A stretch of 64,000 bases of DNA from a virus, in the IMG/VR virus record IMGVR_UViG_3300042449_001328, positions 1 to 64,000 of that record; one strand, 5' to 3'. The notes under the pieces were generated by a model. The model made no database searches, was not told the DNA's origin, and saw only the letters and a program-made list of their open reading frames with translations. Position 1 is the first letter of the stretch; every line of letters starts with the position of its first letter. Position numbers and translations under genes: made by a program. Of the stretch, positions 26,660 to 35,750 are shown one piece after another.

Positions 26660-28375
26660 TTAATTGCTTTTCTTATCTCTTGCTTGCAAAGATTTCCACT
26701 CTTTTTCAAATTCACTTCTACTCAATCCAGCAACCTTATCATTGCCAGATATTCTATTCAATATATCATCATATATTGCTTTATTGGCTTCAATCATTCT
26801 ATCCTTCCATTGGGAAGCCACTGTATCTATACCTACCTTAAAACTAACAGTAAAAGCATTAGTGGCTTCAGCGGTTTCTCTCTCCTGTCTTGTAGTCAAA
26901 GCACTTGCTTGTGACATTGATGAGTTCTGTAAGGTATAGCTCCTTAAAGTTTCATCAGAAACATCCATGTTGCCAGACATGAAGCCTTTATATAATTCAT
27001 TTGAACCAGTTGCACTTATACCAAAAGGTTTTAAAGCAGTTTGGAACATTAACTTATCAATAGAACTACTGGCTCCTCCAGTGATGGCTAAACTAGATAG
27101 GAATTGCCTTAATACTTTAGGATCACTGCCAGCCGTTTCCTGTAAGGCTTGCAGATCGGCAAAGTCAGCATCAGGATTCATCTTCCTTAAAATCTGATAC
27201 ATTGAGGCTTGTCCGTAAGGAGTGGATGGGTTTTGCATGGCACTCTCCAGTGCCGTCTGATAGCTAGCACCAGTGGCCGAACCTATTGCAAACATACCAC
27301 CTACTTGGTTTAGACCTAGCATGGTCTCCATGATGTTTGAAGTATTGGCAAAACCTCCTGACATTAAATGCCCTTGTGTTATAGATGCTTGTTGAGCCAA
27401 CGCTTCTGATCTAAGGCCTGGCCTTATGTTCAAAGATTCCATAGCACCAAACAAGTTTGATATAACAGAACCTGAATGCCTTTTGGTTTGCCTTGCCTGT
27501 CTCTCTAACGTCATTATAATGCTGTCATCAAGGTCAGCTATCTTTTTGAATACAATGGTGCTTAATAGATTATCCCTAGTGACAGAACCAGTGCCTGATT
27601 TAGCCATACTTCCAGCTAGTTCTGCTACCTGAATATTATCATATCCATAAGATGTGGCTGGTACACCTACATTATATTCACCGCCTGAGATTGCCCTGTA
27701 ACGCCTTGTGGCTCTTTCAAGATCATCTTTTGCCTGAATACTTCTGGTCAAAGCTGAACCATAAAAACCTGCCGCTTCCCTACCAACATAAGCACCTGTG
27801 GTACTAGCCCCAAAGCCGTAACCTATTGCGCCTCCTAGCGCAGAACCTTCTATCTGAAGACCCGATGTTAATAAATCCAATCCAGATCTGGCTGAAGGTA
27901 TTCTGGATACTACATTGATCGTATCGCGAACTATACCAGCCCTCATGATTGAAGTAAAAGTGCTCTCTCTGTTTTTGCTGCTATCTTCTGCATCAGAACC
28001 TTCGCCTTTAGATGGCATTCTATCTTTTACAATAGAGAGAATATTTTTTAATATAGAGTTGGTCTCATTTAAACTGCCTACAGTAAAGTTAGTACCACTT
28101 CCCGTATTGACACCGTAATTTCTTGCAGTAGAAGAACTAGTCCTAGAGGCATATTCTCTATCTCTAGCCGTACTTTCAGAACGCCTATCGTTGTATTGTT
28201 CGTGTTTTTTTGCAAAGGCTTCTCTTCTAGCTTCATCTTTGGCTTTTGCTTCTTGAGCTCTTTCCCACTCAAGCTCTGCCTTATATTGTGCTGAAGTCCT
28301 ATAACTGGTTCTAGGGTCACCTCCACCAGTGACACCGTTGCCTCTACCTGAAAATGTTTGACCTGCGTCTGGCAT
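26660..28375 (-). CDS. Tape measure protein (short)
   Basis: Helical, A/G/S-rich 571 aa; downstream of two chaperone-sized ORFs and the tube gene. Confidence 0.7.
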   Translation of the reverse strand: MPDAGQTFSGRGNGVTGGGDPRTSYRTSAQYKAELEWERAQEAKAKDEARREAFAKKHEQYNDRRSESTARDREYASRTSSSTARNYGVNTGSGTNFTVGSLNETNSILKNILSIVKDRMPSKGEGSDAEDSSKNRESTFTSIMRAGIVRDTINVVSRIPSARSGLDLLTSGLQIEGSALGGAIGYGFGASTTGAYVGREAAGFYGSALTRSIQAKDDLERATRRYRAISGGEYNVGVPATSYGYDNIQVAELAGSMAKSGTGSVTRDNLLSTIVFKKIADLDDSIIMTLERQARQTKRHSGSVISNLFGAMESLNIRPGLRSEALAQQASITQGHLMSGGFANTSNIMETMLGLNQVGGMFAIGSATGASYQTALESAMQNPSTPYGQASMYQILRKMNPDADFADLQALQETAGSDPKVLRQFLSSLAITGGASSSIDKLMFQTALKPFGISATGSNELYKGFMSGNMDVSDETLRSYTLQNSSMSQASALTTRQERETAEATNAFTVSFKVGIDTVASQWKDRMIEANKAIYDDILNRISGNDKVAGLSRSEFEKEWKSLQARDKKSN

Positions 28376-28377
28376 AT

Positions 28378-28674
28378 TTATTTTAATTGGCTAAAGTCTA
28401 AATCCTCAAAGCCTTTTTCTATCTCTTTATCGTTTTCCACTGGTCTGATCCAAACATCAGGATTGCCTTTTCTAAACTTTTGATCTTCTTCTATTTTCTC
28501 CCATCTTTTCTTTTCCTGTTCCTCTAGCTTGTATTCTATATATTCAAAAGCTATGTCTATTTGGTTACTATCTCTGTGTTGTTTGCTGTTGAACATGATA
28601 GAGTACTTTCGTCTAAACCAAAGATCATATCTCCATTGATCGTTCCAACGTAAGACTAGTTTTTTTAGGCTCAC
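28378..28674 (-). CDS. Tail assembly chaperone-like protein
   Basis: W.....D.WFRRKY motif; directly before the tape measure gene. Confidence 0.6.
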   Translation of the reverse strand: MSLKKLVLRWNDQWRYDLWFRRKYSIMFNSKQHRDSNQIDIAFEYIEYKLEEQEKKRWEKIEEDQKFRKGNPDVWIRPVENDKEIEKGFEDLDFSQLK

Positions 28675-29054
28675 AACTGTTCATCATCTTTATCTAAATC
28701 GTTGATTACTTTTCTCCATTGAGAAATCCAAGGGTAGTAGACTTTATTGTAAGCCTTAATGATTGTTTTTGATTGCAATGGGTCTAGTTCTAATAGCGAG
28801 GATACCGCTAAGTCTTTCTTTAACTGTGGAATAAGTACATTGAACGTAGAGATGGCCTCAATAAGTGTCCATGAGATTTGGCCTGACTCTGTATAAACCA
28901 TGTCCCTGTGAGTGCCATTGCTCATTGAGATTTTCATTGCCTCGATGTCGATTAAGGCACCATTTGATGGGAACTTAATCTCGTAGTCATTTTCTCCAAT
29001 TGTAACTGTAATCGCCTTTGAAGGCAATGATGCTTTTTCTTTCTGTTCGCTCAT
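28671..29054 (-). CDS. Tail assembly chaperone
   Basis: 127 aa between tube and tape measure genes. Confidence 0.6.
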   Translation of the reverse strand: MSEQKEKASLPSKAITVTIGENDYEIKFPSNGALIDIEAMKISMSNGTHRDMVYTESGQISWTLIEAISTFNVLIPQLKKDLAVSSLLELDPLQSKTIIKAYNKVYYPWISQWRKVINDLDKDDEQL

Positions 29055-29169
29055 ATTTTTAAATTAAAAAGGTCTCTATTGAGACCATAAAAATACTAAA
29101 TATGTAGTGAATGAAAAAATTAAAGATTGTGGTTAACTAAAGTCAATCTTTGTTATAATTTTTATTTAA

Positions 29170-29379
29170 TCATTTTTTTGCAACCACCTTAGCAACAATA
29201 TTGCCATTGCTATCAAGATTAAAATTTTCGTCACTTAATTTCCAACAAAGGTTATCTGCTAACTTGCTTTTAGTTTGACGCTTTATAATATTTTGCGCTT
29301 CTTTCAAAGAAAATTCAGTTTGTTCGCCAGTTTCTGGATTGGTCATTTTTACTGACATTGGCATTCTTGTTCTCAACAT
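29170..29379 (-). CDS. Hypothetical protein
   Basis: 69 aa. Confidence 0.55.
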   Translation of the reverse strand: MLRTRMPMSVKMTNPETGEQTEFSLKEAQNIIKRQTKSKLADNLCWKLSDENFNLDSNGNIVAKVVAKK

Positions 29380-29406
29380 ATTTTATATTGATTAAATAGT
29401 TTTAAA

Positions 29407-29889
29407 TTACTGGGGGAACAACACTGGGTCTAAATACCTTCCTGACTGAGAGTGACCAGAAATAGCTCCTTCAGCTAAGTCCATTCCATCTGATTCAATA
29501 AAGAATCTTTTTATACTAGCATAAGGGGTAGCTTTTGGCTTAATTAACCTTGTATTAGGATCAACTAAATCAGATACTTTCTTAAATAAATCCACTTGAA
29601 CTCCGTCCGTATTCAACAGCAATTGGTCTTCGAATTCTTGATTTGTCTGAACATCTCTACGGATAGCTCCTGGAATTCCTGTGTCTTTAAAGTTGATCTC
29701 ATAGAAATCACAACTAAGAGAGCCAGTCCAAGCTGTAGCTGGAGTTTCGCTGGTGAGCAATGTACCTAACCCCATTACCTCAACTCGCCTGATTGATTCA
29801 GTCATTCTCCAGTTGCGCATCTTACCAATAGGCGTACCGTTCACTCTGATAATTGCCAATGCGCCTGTTAACGTTTTAGTATCTGCCAT
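29407..29889 (-). CDS. Tail tube protein
   Basis: 160 aa directly after the sheath; I.VNG.PIG...V.GLG.L...E pattern. Confidence 0.8.
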   Translation of the reverse strand: MADTKTLTGALAIIRVNGTPIGKMRNWRMTESIRRVEVMGLGTLLTSETPATAWTGSLSCDFYEINFKDTGIPGAIRRDVQTNQEFEDQLLLNTDGVQVDLFKKVSDLVDPNTRLIKPKATPYASIKRFFIESDGMDLAEGAISGHSQSGRYLDPVLFPQ

Positions 29890-29934
29890 TTTATTGAATT
29901 CTTTTTATTGTATTAAAAATACTAAATTATCAAA

Positions 29935-31902
29935 TTAAGAAATTGGGTCCAAGAGCAAGCCCGAAAACAGAAGAAAACTAACTTCATAGTTGGGTATCAC
30001 ACCGTAATTTATAAAGTAAGCATCTCCCTGCACTGTTACTGTAACATTCTGGAAACTGATAATAAGATTATCTAACTGATCTGTCGCTACTTTGCTTGTC
30101 AAGTATGCTTCAACCCATGTTTTTACATCTTCAGCAGAAAGAGTGTTTCTGTTTGCACCGTTTGGTTTTTTAAGCAAAGTCCTCTTACCATTAATTATCA
30201 ATTCTTTGTTCAACTGTCTAACGATACGAGCAAGTTGTTTACTTGAAGTGCTTCCGTCTGGATTGACTAGATATGAATTGATCTGTAAGGTGTTTACTCC
30301 TTTCACTACTTCAAATGCTGAACCGTCCGCTCTTGTCATCAAAACTCCAGCGTCTAGTCCCGCAATAGCCTCATTGTCTCTCAACTGATGTACAACTCCA
30401 TCTACGCCTATGTTCTTAAATGTCAAAGGTACTTGAGGTGCAAGTCCCGCCTCTCTGCCCATCATTACAGCTGCGTGGTAGATTGATTGATAGTTCTTTA
30501 ACAGTCTACCGTTGAAATCGGTTCTTTTTACCCCTGAATGAACTAAGGTAACAAATTGGCTATTGAACGCTTGTGCCATATTCACAGAACTTGTAACACC
30601 TGAATTCCACTTAGAACTATCATTGCCTCCACCAATATATACATCTGGTTTGATTTTAGCTGCGGTAGCATAAGCCTGAATTGCTAAGTTGTTTGCTGAC
30701 CTTGCGTTATCCCCCCAATTGTCTGCTAAGATAAAATCATAAGTGCTTCCAGCAATTGCGTCAAGGGCTTGTGTCAAATACTGAGATCCATAAGTATCTG
30801 TACCGCCTGTAAACATTCTAAGAGCAGAGTTGGAACTCAAATCTCCTGCATTCACCAATCCTGTACCTGCTATTGAACTTGATTGTCTTTCAAAGTAAGA
30901 CTGGAAGGTAGGGTCAGAATCCATCCACGCAATCAAAGTAGAAATGTTTGAGAACTCAGGCGACTGCGCAACTACTTCTGCGGTTGTGCTTAACTCGCTC
31001 ACTCCATCATAAGGAGTGCCGTCACTAATGTCTGTACTTAGCCCTCTGAAAGTTCCCCTTGAGAACTGCATAATAAACCTTGTTGGGTCTATCACACCAG
31101 CAATCATTCTTGCAGCATATCCTCTGGTCAATCTTGTTCCTGTTACACCGCCTGTATATGCTCCAGATATTGATCCTGCACCTGTGGCTGTTGCGACCAA
31201 TACTGGTGTGATTGTGTTGGCTGCTATTCCAAGCCCCCTTGGAGCTGAAAATGTTACAGTAGTACTTGTGCTGGACACTACTGCCGATATACCTAATGAA
31301 TTGATTGAATTAACAAGACCTGCTACAACGGATGCTATATTGTCCCCTACTTGGGTAGCGTATGTGGCAATTGTTTCACCGCTAGATGTGATAGTGAAAG
31401 TACTTGTTCCTACAGTACCTGCGTTTGAAATGGTTACAGTAGCTGCACCTCTAGTTTCATCGCCCATAACACCATTCCCTACCCTGCCTTCTGCTCTATT
31501 TCTTAAAGTAAAAGTTCCTCCGTTACCACCTCCACCAGTGAACGTATAAGATACTGAACTTGGTGTAGTCAATGCTGCTTTGATGAATGTCAAAGATGAA
31601 GCACCTTGAGTAGCTCCTCCTCCTGGAAAGAATATTGGACTAGATAAAAACCAAAAAATACCTCCGTGTTGATGTGCTTGTGCCGAACCTACGTCTGTGA
31701 ATGTGTATATTGAATCTAGGTTTTGTTTTAACGTTCCAGCTATACCAGAACCTCCGCCAAAAAAGCGGGAGCTGCCCGTGTCGATAATTAAACAATTCCC
31801 GAACTCTAATGCTACGGCTGGATTTTTTATACCGGATTTTACTGTTGAGTAAGCTCCGGGAAGAGAAATTTTACGTCCATCGAAAAAAACTGATGTAGCC
31901 AT
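29935..31902 (-). CDS. Tail sheath protein
   Basis: N-terminal F.G.....PGAYS; C-terminal PLTFK, GVNT motifs. Confidence 0.88.
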   Translation of the reverse strand: MATSVFFDGRKISLPGAYSTVKSGIKNPAVALEFGNCLIIDTGSSRFFGGGSGIAGTLKQNLDSIYTFTDVGSAQAHQHGGIFWFLSSPIFFPGGGATQGASSLTFIKAALTTPSSVSYTFTGGGGNGGTFTLRNRAEGRVGNGVMGDETRGAATVTISNAGTVGTSTFTITSSGETIATYATQVGDNIASVVAGLVNSINSLGISAVVSSTSTTVTFSAPRGLGIAANTITPVLVATATGAGSISGAYTGGVTGTRLTRGYAARMIAGVIDPTRFIMQFSRGTFRGLSTDISDGTPYDGVSELSTTAEVVAQSPEFSNISTLIAWMDSDPTFQSYFERQSSSIAGTGLVNAGDLSSNSALRMFTGGTDTYGSQYLTQALDAIAGSTYDFILADNWGDNARSANNLAIQAYATAAKIKPDVYIGGGNDSSKWNSGVTSSVNMAQAFNSQFVTLVHSGVKRTDFNGRLLKNYQSIYHAAVMMGREAGLAPQVPLTFKNIGVDGVVHQLRDNEAIAGLDAGVLMTRADGSAFEVVKGVNTLQINSYLVNPDGSTSSKQLARIVRQLNKELIINGKRTLLKKPNGANRNTLSAEDVKTWVEAYLTSKVATDQLDNLIISFQNVTVTVQGDAYFINYGVIPNYEVSFLLFSGLLLDPIS

Positions 31903-31912
31903 CTGTGTATTT

Positions 31913-32818
31913 TTAATTTTGTTTTAATTTATTGTAATCTTCTAAGTACATCCATTTAAATCCACAAGCAGTTATGGCTTTTGAATGAATTACTCGTGAG
32001 ACAGATCTATTTTTAAAAAATCTAACAGCATCACTTATGCAATCCCATTGCTTAACAAAAGAATCATCCATATTTAACTGGACAATTGATTTAGCCACTG
32101 GACTATTCTTACCAAATTGTTTTAATTTTTGTAATTCTGTTTTCTTTGTTCCAATCCAACCTCCATTTTTTATCCTTGATAAAACCATTTTATCAATTAC
32201 ATCTTTTGACCTTTCTCTTCCTTTTAATGGAGTCACCCAACCTTCTGGTCTAATAGGTTTTTTACCTAAATGAGATTCACTTAATTTTCTTCTATGTTCA
32301 TCTGAAAATTTTCTACCTTTAGTTGCCCCAACTCTTCCAGTTAAAGTTTTAGATATTTTCTTTTTAGTCTCTTCTGAAATAGAGAAATCATAAGTATGTT
32401 TTCTAATCTCTTTAGTTCTTTTCATCTTAGCGATACTTTCTTCAGTAGGCTTTCTACCTTTCTTCAAAAGGGACATCTTTAAACACGACTCTTCGGTATG
32501 CTGTATTCCTTTATTAAAAGCCACTCCCCCTGGAGCTACATTGTAAAACAAGTCTGACTTAACTGCTCCAAAATAGTCGATCCAGTAAATTTCTGATTCA
32601 TTTAAATCTTCTTTGTCTACACAATACTGAAGAATCTCTTTTTGAAAATTTTCAATGCCGTATTTATTAACTGATTTTTGAAAAAACTTACCTGACCCTA
32701 TATAGTTTTTATTACGAGCAGAATTCTTATGCTGCCCAATATACTTCTTCCCATTGACCAAATTTGTGGTACAATAGATTGTTCCAAAACAATTATCTTG
32801 ATTAGGCAGTAAGCTCAT
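31913..32818 (-). CDS. Free-standing GIY-YIG homing endonuclease (NUMOD3/NUMOD1 repeats)
   Basis: GTIYCTTNLVNGKKYIGQ; SEETKKKIS and SDEHRRKLSESH repeats; terminal TACGFKW. Confidence 0.9.
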   Translation of the reverse strand: MSLLPNQDNCFGTIYCTTNLVNGKKYIGQHKNSARNKNYIGSGKFFQKSVNKYGIENFQKEILQYCVDKEDLNESEIYWIDYFGAVKSDLFYNVAPGGVAFNKGIQHTEESCLKMSLLKKGRKPTEESIAKMKRTKEIRKHTYDFSISEETKKKISKTLTGRVGATKGRKFSDEHRRKLSESHLGKKPIRPEGWVTPLKGRERSKDVIDKMVLSRIKNGGWIGTKKTELQKLKQFGKNSPVAKSIVQLNMDDSFVKQWDCISDAVRFFKNRSVSRVIHSKAITACGFKWMYLEDYNKLKQN

Positions 32819-32823
32819 TAAAT

Positions 32824-32833
32824 TAAAAATACT
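32824..32833 (-). promoter_or_regulatory. Representative copy of a recurrent promoter-like motif AGTA(T/A)TTTTA (minus strand)
   Basis: Plus-strand TAAAA(A/T)TACT at 10740, 20097, 23314, 29088, 29914, 32824, 34272, 41443, 44273, 46713, 51469, 52600, 61348, 62372 (variants at 10080, 15450, 41902, 60713), always intergenic and upstream of a minus-strand gene. Confidence 0.8.
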
Positions 32834-32866
32834 AAAAAAAGGTGTAGATTTTAATTTAAAGATTTT

Positions 32867-34267
32867 TCACTTTTTAGGAAATTTTAGTGAAATTTTAAAA
32901 TCTTCTTTTTCTTGATCGGTTTTTAAAGAATCGAATTTATCTAAATTATTGTTTCTTTCTTCTGTGGTTTTACCCCAATCCAGATTGTTCATAAATACTT
33001 TTTTATTTGACTGGTCTAGATGGGATTCAAAAGACTTCTTGCCATGCAATACCGTTGAACCGTCTGCGTCTTTTTTGTGATAATAGGTATAGTGTGCGTC
33101 TGCTGCGTCTTTATGATCTTGTTTTGAAAAGTCTTTGTAAGAATCGTGGTCTGCTGTTCTGTTTTCGTAAATAGGCTTCCCACTTTTTGTATGTCCAATA
33201 ATTTTCCCGCCCCTTGACCCCTCACCGCCTTTCATGAGATCGTAATTTGAGTTAGATTTTTTTAAATTAGATTTTTCTTCACGATCCGCTGCTGCATGAG
33301 TTAAATGACGATGAACTTCATGATCTTCAAGATACGCATTGTGTTTAATAGCAGTGCTTTTATCTTTATTGGGAGCCATCATGTATCTTGAATAAGAACC
33401 TTTATCTTTGCCTTTATTAGGCTGTATATGTTCTATTTGTTTATGACCTTGGTAATCAACTAAGGTTTGATGATTTTCACCAGATTTTAATTTTTCCAAA
33501 GCCTGATCTGCATAATCTTGATGCCTTTTATAAATTGGAGACCCGCTTGAGGTATGCCCTAAAACCTCTCCACCTCTACTGCCTTCACCGCCCTTCATGA
33601 AGTCGGGGTCTGAGTCGGATTTTTTGATTGAATTACCTATTTTTGCAATTCTATCATAAGTTTCTTTTTTCTTTGCTTCAGAATCAGCTATTATTCCAGC
33701 AACTTTTTTATGAACTTCCGCATTCTTTTTATTTCCTGCTTTCTCATGATGAGCGGCGGCGTCTCTATGATCTTGTTCACTCCAATCTAACATAGATGGA
33801 TGATTTTTTTCATAAATAGGTTTGCCACTCTTTGTATGCCCAATGATATGGCCTCCACGAGAGCCTTCGCCTGATTTGGCTTTGATGAGGTCGAGGTCTG
33901 AGTCGGATTTTTTAACATTTTCTGTATGCTTTTCTAACTCATGATCGTCATATACTCCATCTCCTCCACCATCATAGTATACACGAAAACGTTTTCCGCC
34001 AATTAGTTCTCTATGTATCTTGCCAATAAATGTAGAACCATTAGGCGTTTTACCAGTAACAATATCACCAACCTTATGTCTTCCTGAACCAACTCCACCT
34101 TTAACTAGCAAGTTCTCAAGCTGCTCTTTTGCGCTCTCAAAAGTTTGTTCATCAATCAAACCTTTGTTGAAGTTATCTGTAATGATTTGAAGTGGAGTTC
34201 TGTCTTCTTTAAAAGAACCTAAGATATTGTGGCCTTGATAGTCAGCTTTTGAAATTATGTTATCCAT
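32867..34267 (-). CDS. Repeat-module protein, probable internal head protein
   Basis: Three GEGSRGG..IGHT.SG.PIY modules separated by hydrophobic-x-K-[GAS] linkers. Confidence 0.7.
   Translation of the reverse strand: MDNIISKADYQGHNILGSFKEDRTPLQIITDNFNKGLIDEQTFESAKEQLENLLVKGGVGSGRHKVGDIVTGKTPNGSTFIGKIHRELIGGKRFRVYYDGGGDGVYDDHELEKHTENVKKSDSDLDLIKAKSGEGSRGGHIIGHTKSGKPIYEKNHPSMLDWSEQDHRDAAAHHEKAGNKKNAEVHKKVAGIIADSEAKKKETYDRIAKIGNSIKKSDSDPDFMKGGEGSRGGEVLGHTSSGSPIYKRHQDYADQALEKLKSGENHQTLVDYQGHKQIEHIQPNKGKDKGSYSRYMMAPNKDKSTAIKHNAYLEDHEVHRHLTHAAADREEKSNLKKSNSNYDLMKGGEGSRGGKIIGHTKSGKPIYENRTADHDSYKDFSKQDHKDAADAHYTYYHKKDADGSTVLHGKKSFESHLDQSNKKVFMNNLDWGKTTEERNNNLDKFDSLKTDQEKEDFKISLKFPKK
33852..33912. 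repeat. 61-bp exact direct repeat, copy 1
   Basis: CCTCCACGAGAGCCTTCGCCTGATTTGGCTTTGATGAGGTCGAGGTCTGAGTCGGATTTTT, identical to 39811-39871. Confidence 0.9.
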
Positions 34268-34291
34268 ATTGTAAAATTACTAAAATTATTT

Positions 34292-34990
34292 TTAAAAAGA
34301 ACTATCGTCAACCAAATATAATGAGTAGTTTAATTGATTTATTATGGTGTTCACTAGCAATTCTGGGGCTACTGTTTCGTATTCAAAACTGATTGTGATA
34401 GGCCTTATAAACCTTCTTTCTGGGGCTGATTCGTTCAATCTTACATCTCCGCCACCTAGTTTTATGTTCAATAATCCTGATAGCTCTAAGTGATTGATAC
34501 AAGATATAAGGATCATCTTTATGATTGAATAGATGGCTATTACCTCATTCTTATTGTCTGCCATGATAACTATATGATAGGTAGCAGAAAACCTTCTTCC
34601 AAACTGAGCTCTCCAAGTGTCACCAAAACCGTCATTGTTTGTGTCTGTAACAAATTCAGGATAGTCACCTTCCCCTATCTGAAGTGAATTAGTTCTATCA
34701 CTTTCACTAGGTAGGCTTATATGGATTGATATAGGTCTTTTGCTGTCGTGATCGTAGCTCAGTTTTACTTCAATGTAGTTTGGGTCTTCTGGGGTATTGC
34801 ATATCAGCTTCTTTAGATTATCGTACATGATGTACTTACCTAAAGCAAGTCCGTTGTACATGGTGTACAATAGGCTTTTCTGCTCATTACCTGCTATCAC
34901 TGCGTTCTTGAAATCTTTTCGGAAAGCATCTAGGCCGTTCTTCAGCGTGTCCGCTAGTATTGAATCTGGTATGATTAAGTTTGTTGCCAT
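34292..34990 (-). CDS. Tail terminator/neck protein
   Basis: 232 aa; last neck-region gene before the sheath. Confidence 0.6.
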   Translation of the reverse strand: MATNLIIPDSILADTLKNGLDAFRKDFKNAVIAGNEQKSLLYTMYNGLALGKYIMYDNLKKLICNTPEDPNYIEVKLSYDHDSKRPISIHISLPSESDRTNSLQIGEGDYPEFVTDTNNDGFGDTWRAQFGRRFSATYHIVIMADNKNEVIAIYSIIKMILISCINHLELSGLLNIKLGGGDVRLNESAPERRFIRPITISFEYETVAPELLVNTIINQLNYSLYLVDDSSF

Positions 34991-34991
34991 T

Positions 34992-35747
34992 TTATGCTAA
35001 ACCTGAATTAACTAACCAAGCATCTATTGCCTGACCTACTTCTACTTCTTTGTTCAATTCACTTAACGCTCTTTGAGAAAAGTTTCTAGCTACAAGTCCG
35101 GGGTGCAACCACGATGCAGGATCTGAATTTTCACTCACCCTTCTAAAAGACATGAATGTGTTTTGCTTGGTAACGCTATCCTGTTTCTTTGTCAACCCTT
35201 CGTATATTGAATTCTTATGCTCATACATTTCAAATTGCTTTGGCTTCATCTCTACTTTATGCGTCTTTTTTTCTTCAAAAGGTTTTGGGATTTCAGATAA
35301 GGTAAGGGGTTTATCTACTTCTCTATCTTTCATTTCTTGATAAATCTCCTTTGGCATTAGCCCGCCATTGAAGTTTTCTTCAAGTGAAGTTGGTGTACCA
35401 ACATAGAAAGGTACTGTATTGTATTTTTTGCCGTCTTTTGAAGTTTTTGCTTTAGGCCCATTTAAAATACCTTCCTTAATATCAAAAGCAGGTGATCCGC
35501 TCTCAATCATGTTAGGGAATTGTCCTACCAGCATAACTGATGCTGTGCCTTTGCCATTGTCTTTTACCACTAGGGATCTGACGTATTGCTGCCTACTGGC
35601 ATGTAGCTCTCTTACAGCCAACTCTTCCCAATTTGCCGCATAAGATGCTGCTATTGTCTTAACCACATAGTTCACCAAGTCATCAGCTTGTGCCTGAGTC
35701 ATTGGGTATTGCTCTGACAGGGATTTGGTATCAATGAATATATCCAT
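34992..35747 (-). CDS. Neck/tail completion protein
   Basis: PNMIESG...FDIK, FRRVSENSDPASWLHPG motifs typical of SPO1/Twort-like neck proteins. Confidence 0.7.
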   Translation of the reverse strand: MDIFIDTKSLSEQYPMTQAQADDLVNYVVKTIAASYAANWEELAVRELHASRQQYVRSLVVKDNGKGTASVMLVGQFPNMIESGSPAFDIKEGILNGPKAKTSKDGKKYNTVPFYVGTPTSLEENFNGGLMPKEIYQEMKDREVDKPLTLSEIPKPFEEKKTHKVEMKPKQFEMYEHKNSIYEGLTKKQDSVTKQNTFMSFRRVSENSDPASWLHPGLVARNFSQRALSELNKEVEVGQAIDAWLVNSGLA

Positions 35748-35750
35748 TTT

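Noticed and set aside
28378-29054. Programmed frameshift between the tail assembly chaperone ORFs
   Set aside because: The only A-rich slippery run seen lies after the first ORF's stop; the ORFs simply overlap by GTGA.
31913-32818. Group I intron around the GIY-YIG endonuclease
   Set aside because: Flanking genes are intact, intergenic gaps are too short for intron core structure, and the gene has its own promoter-like motif.
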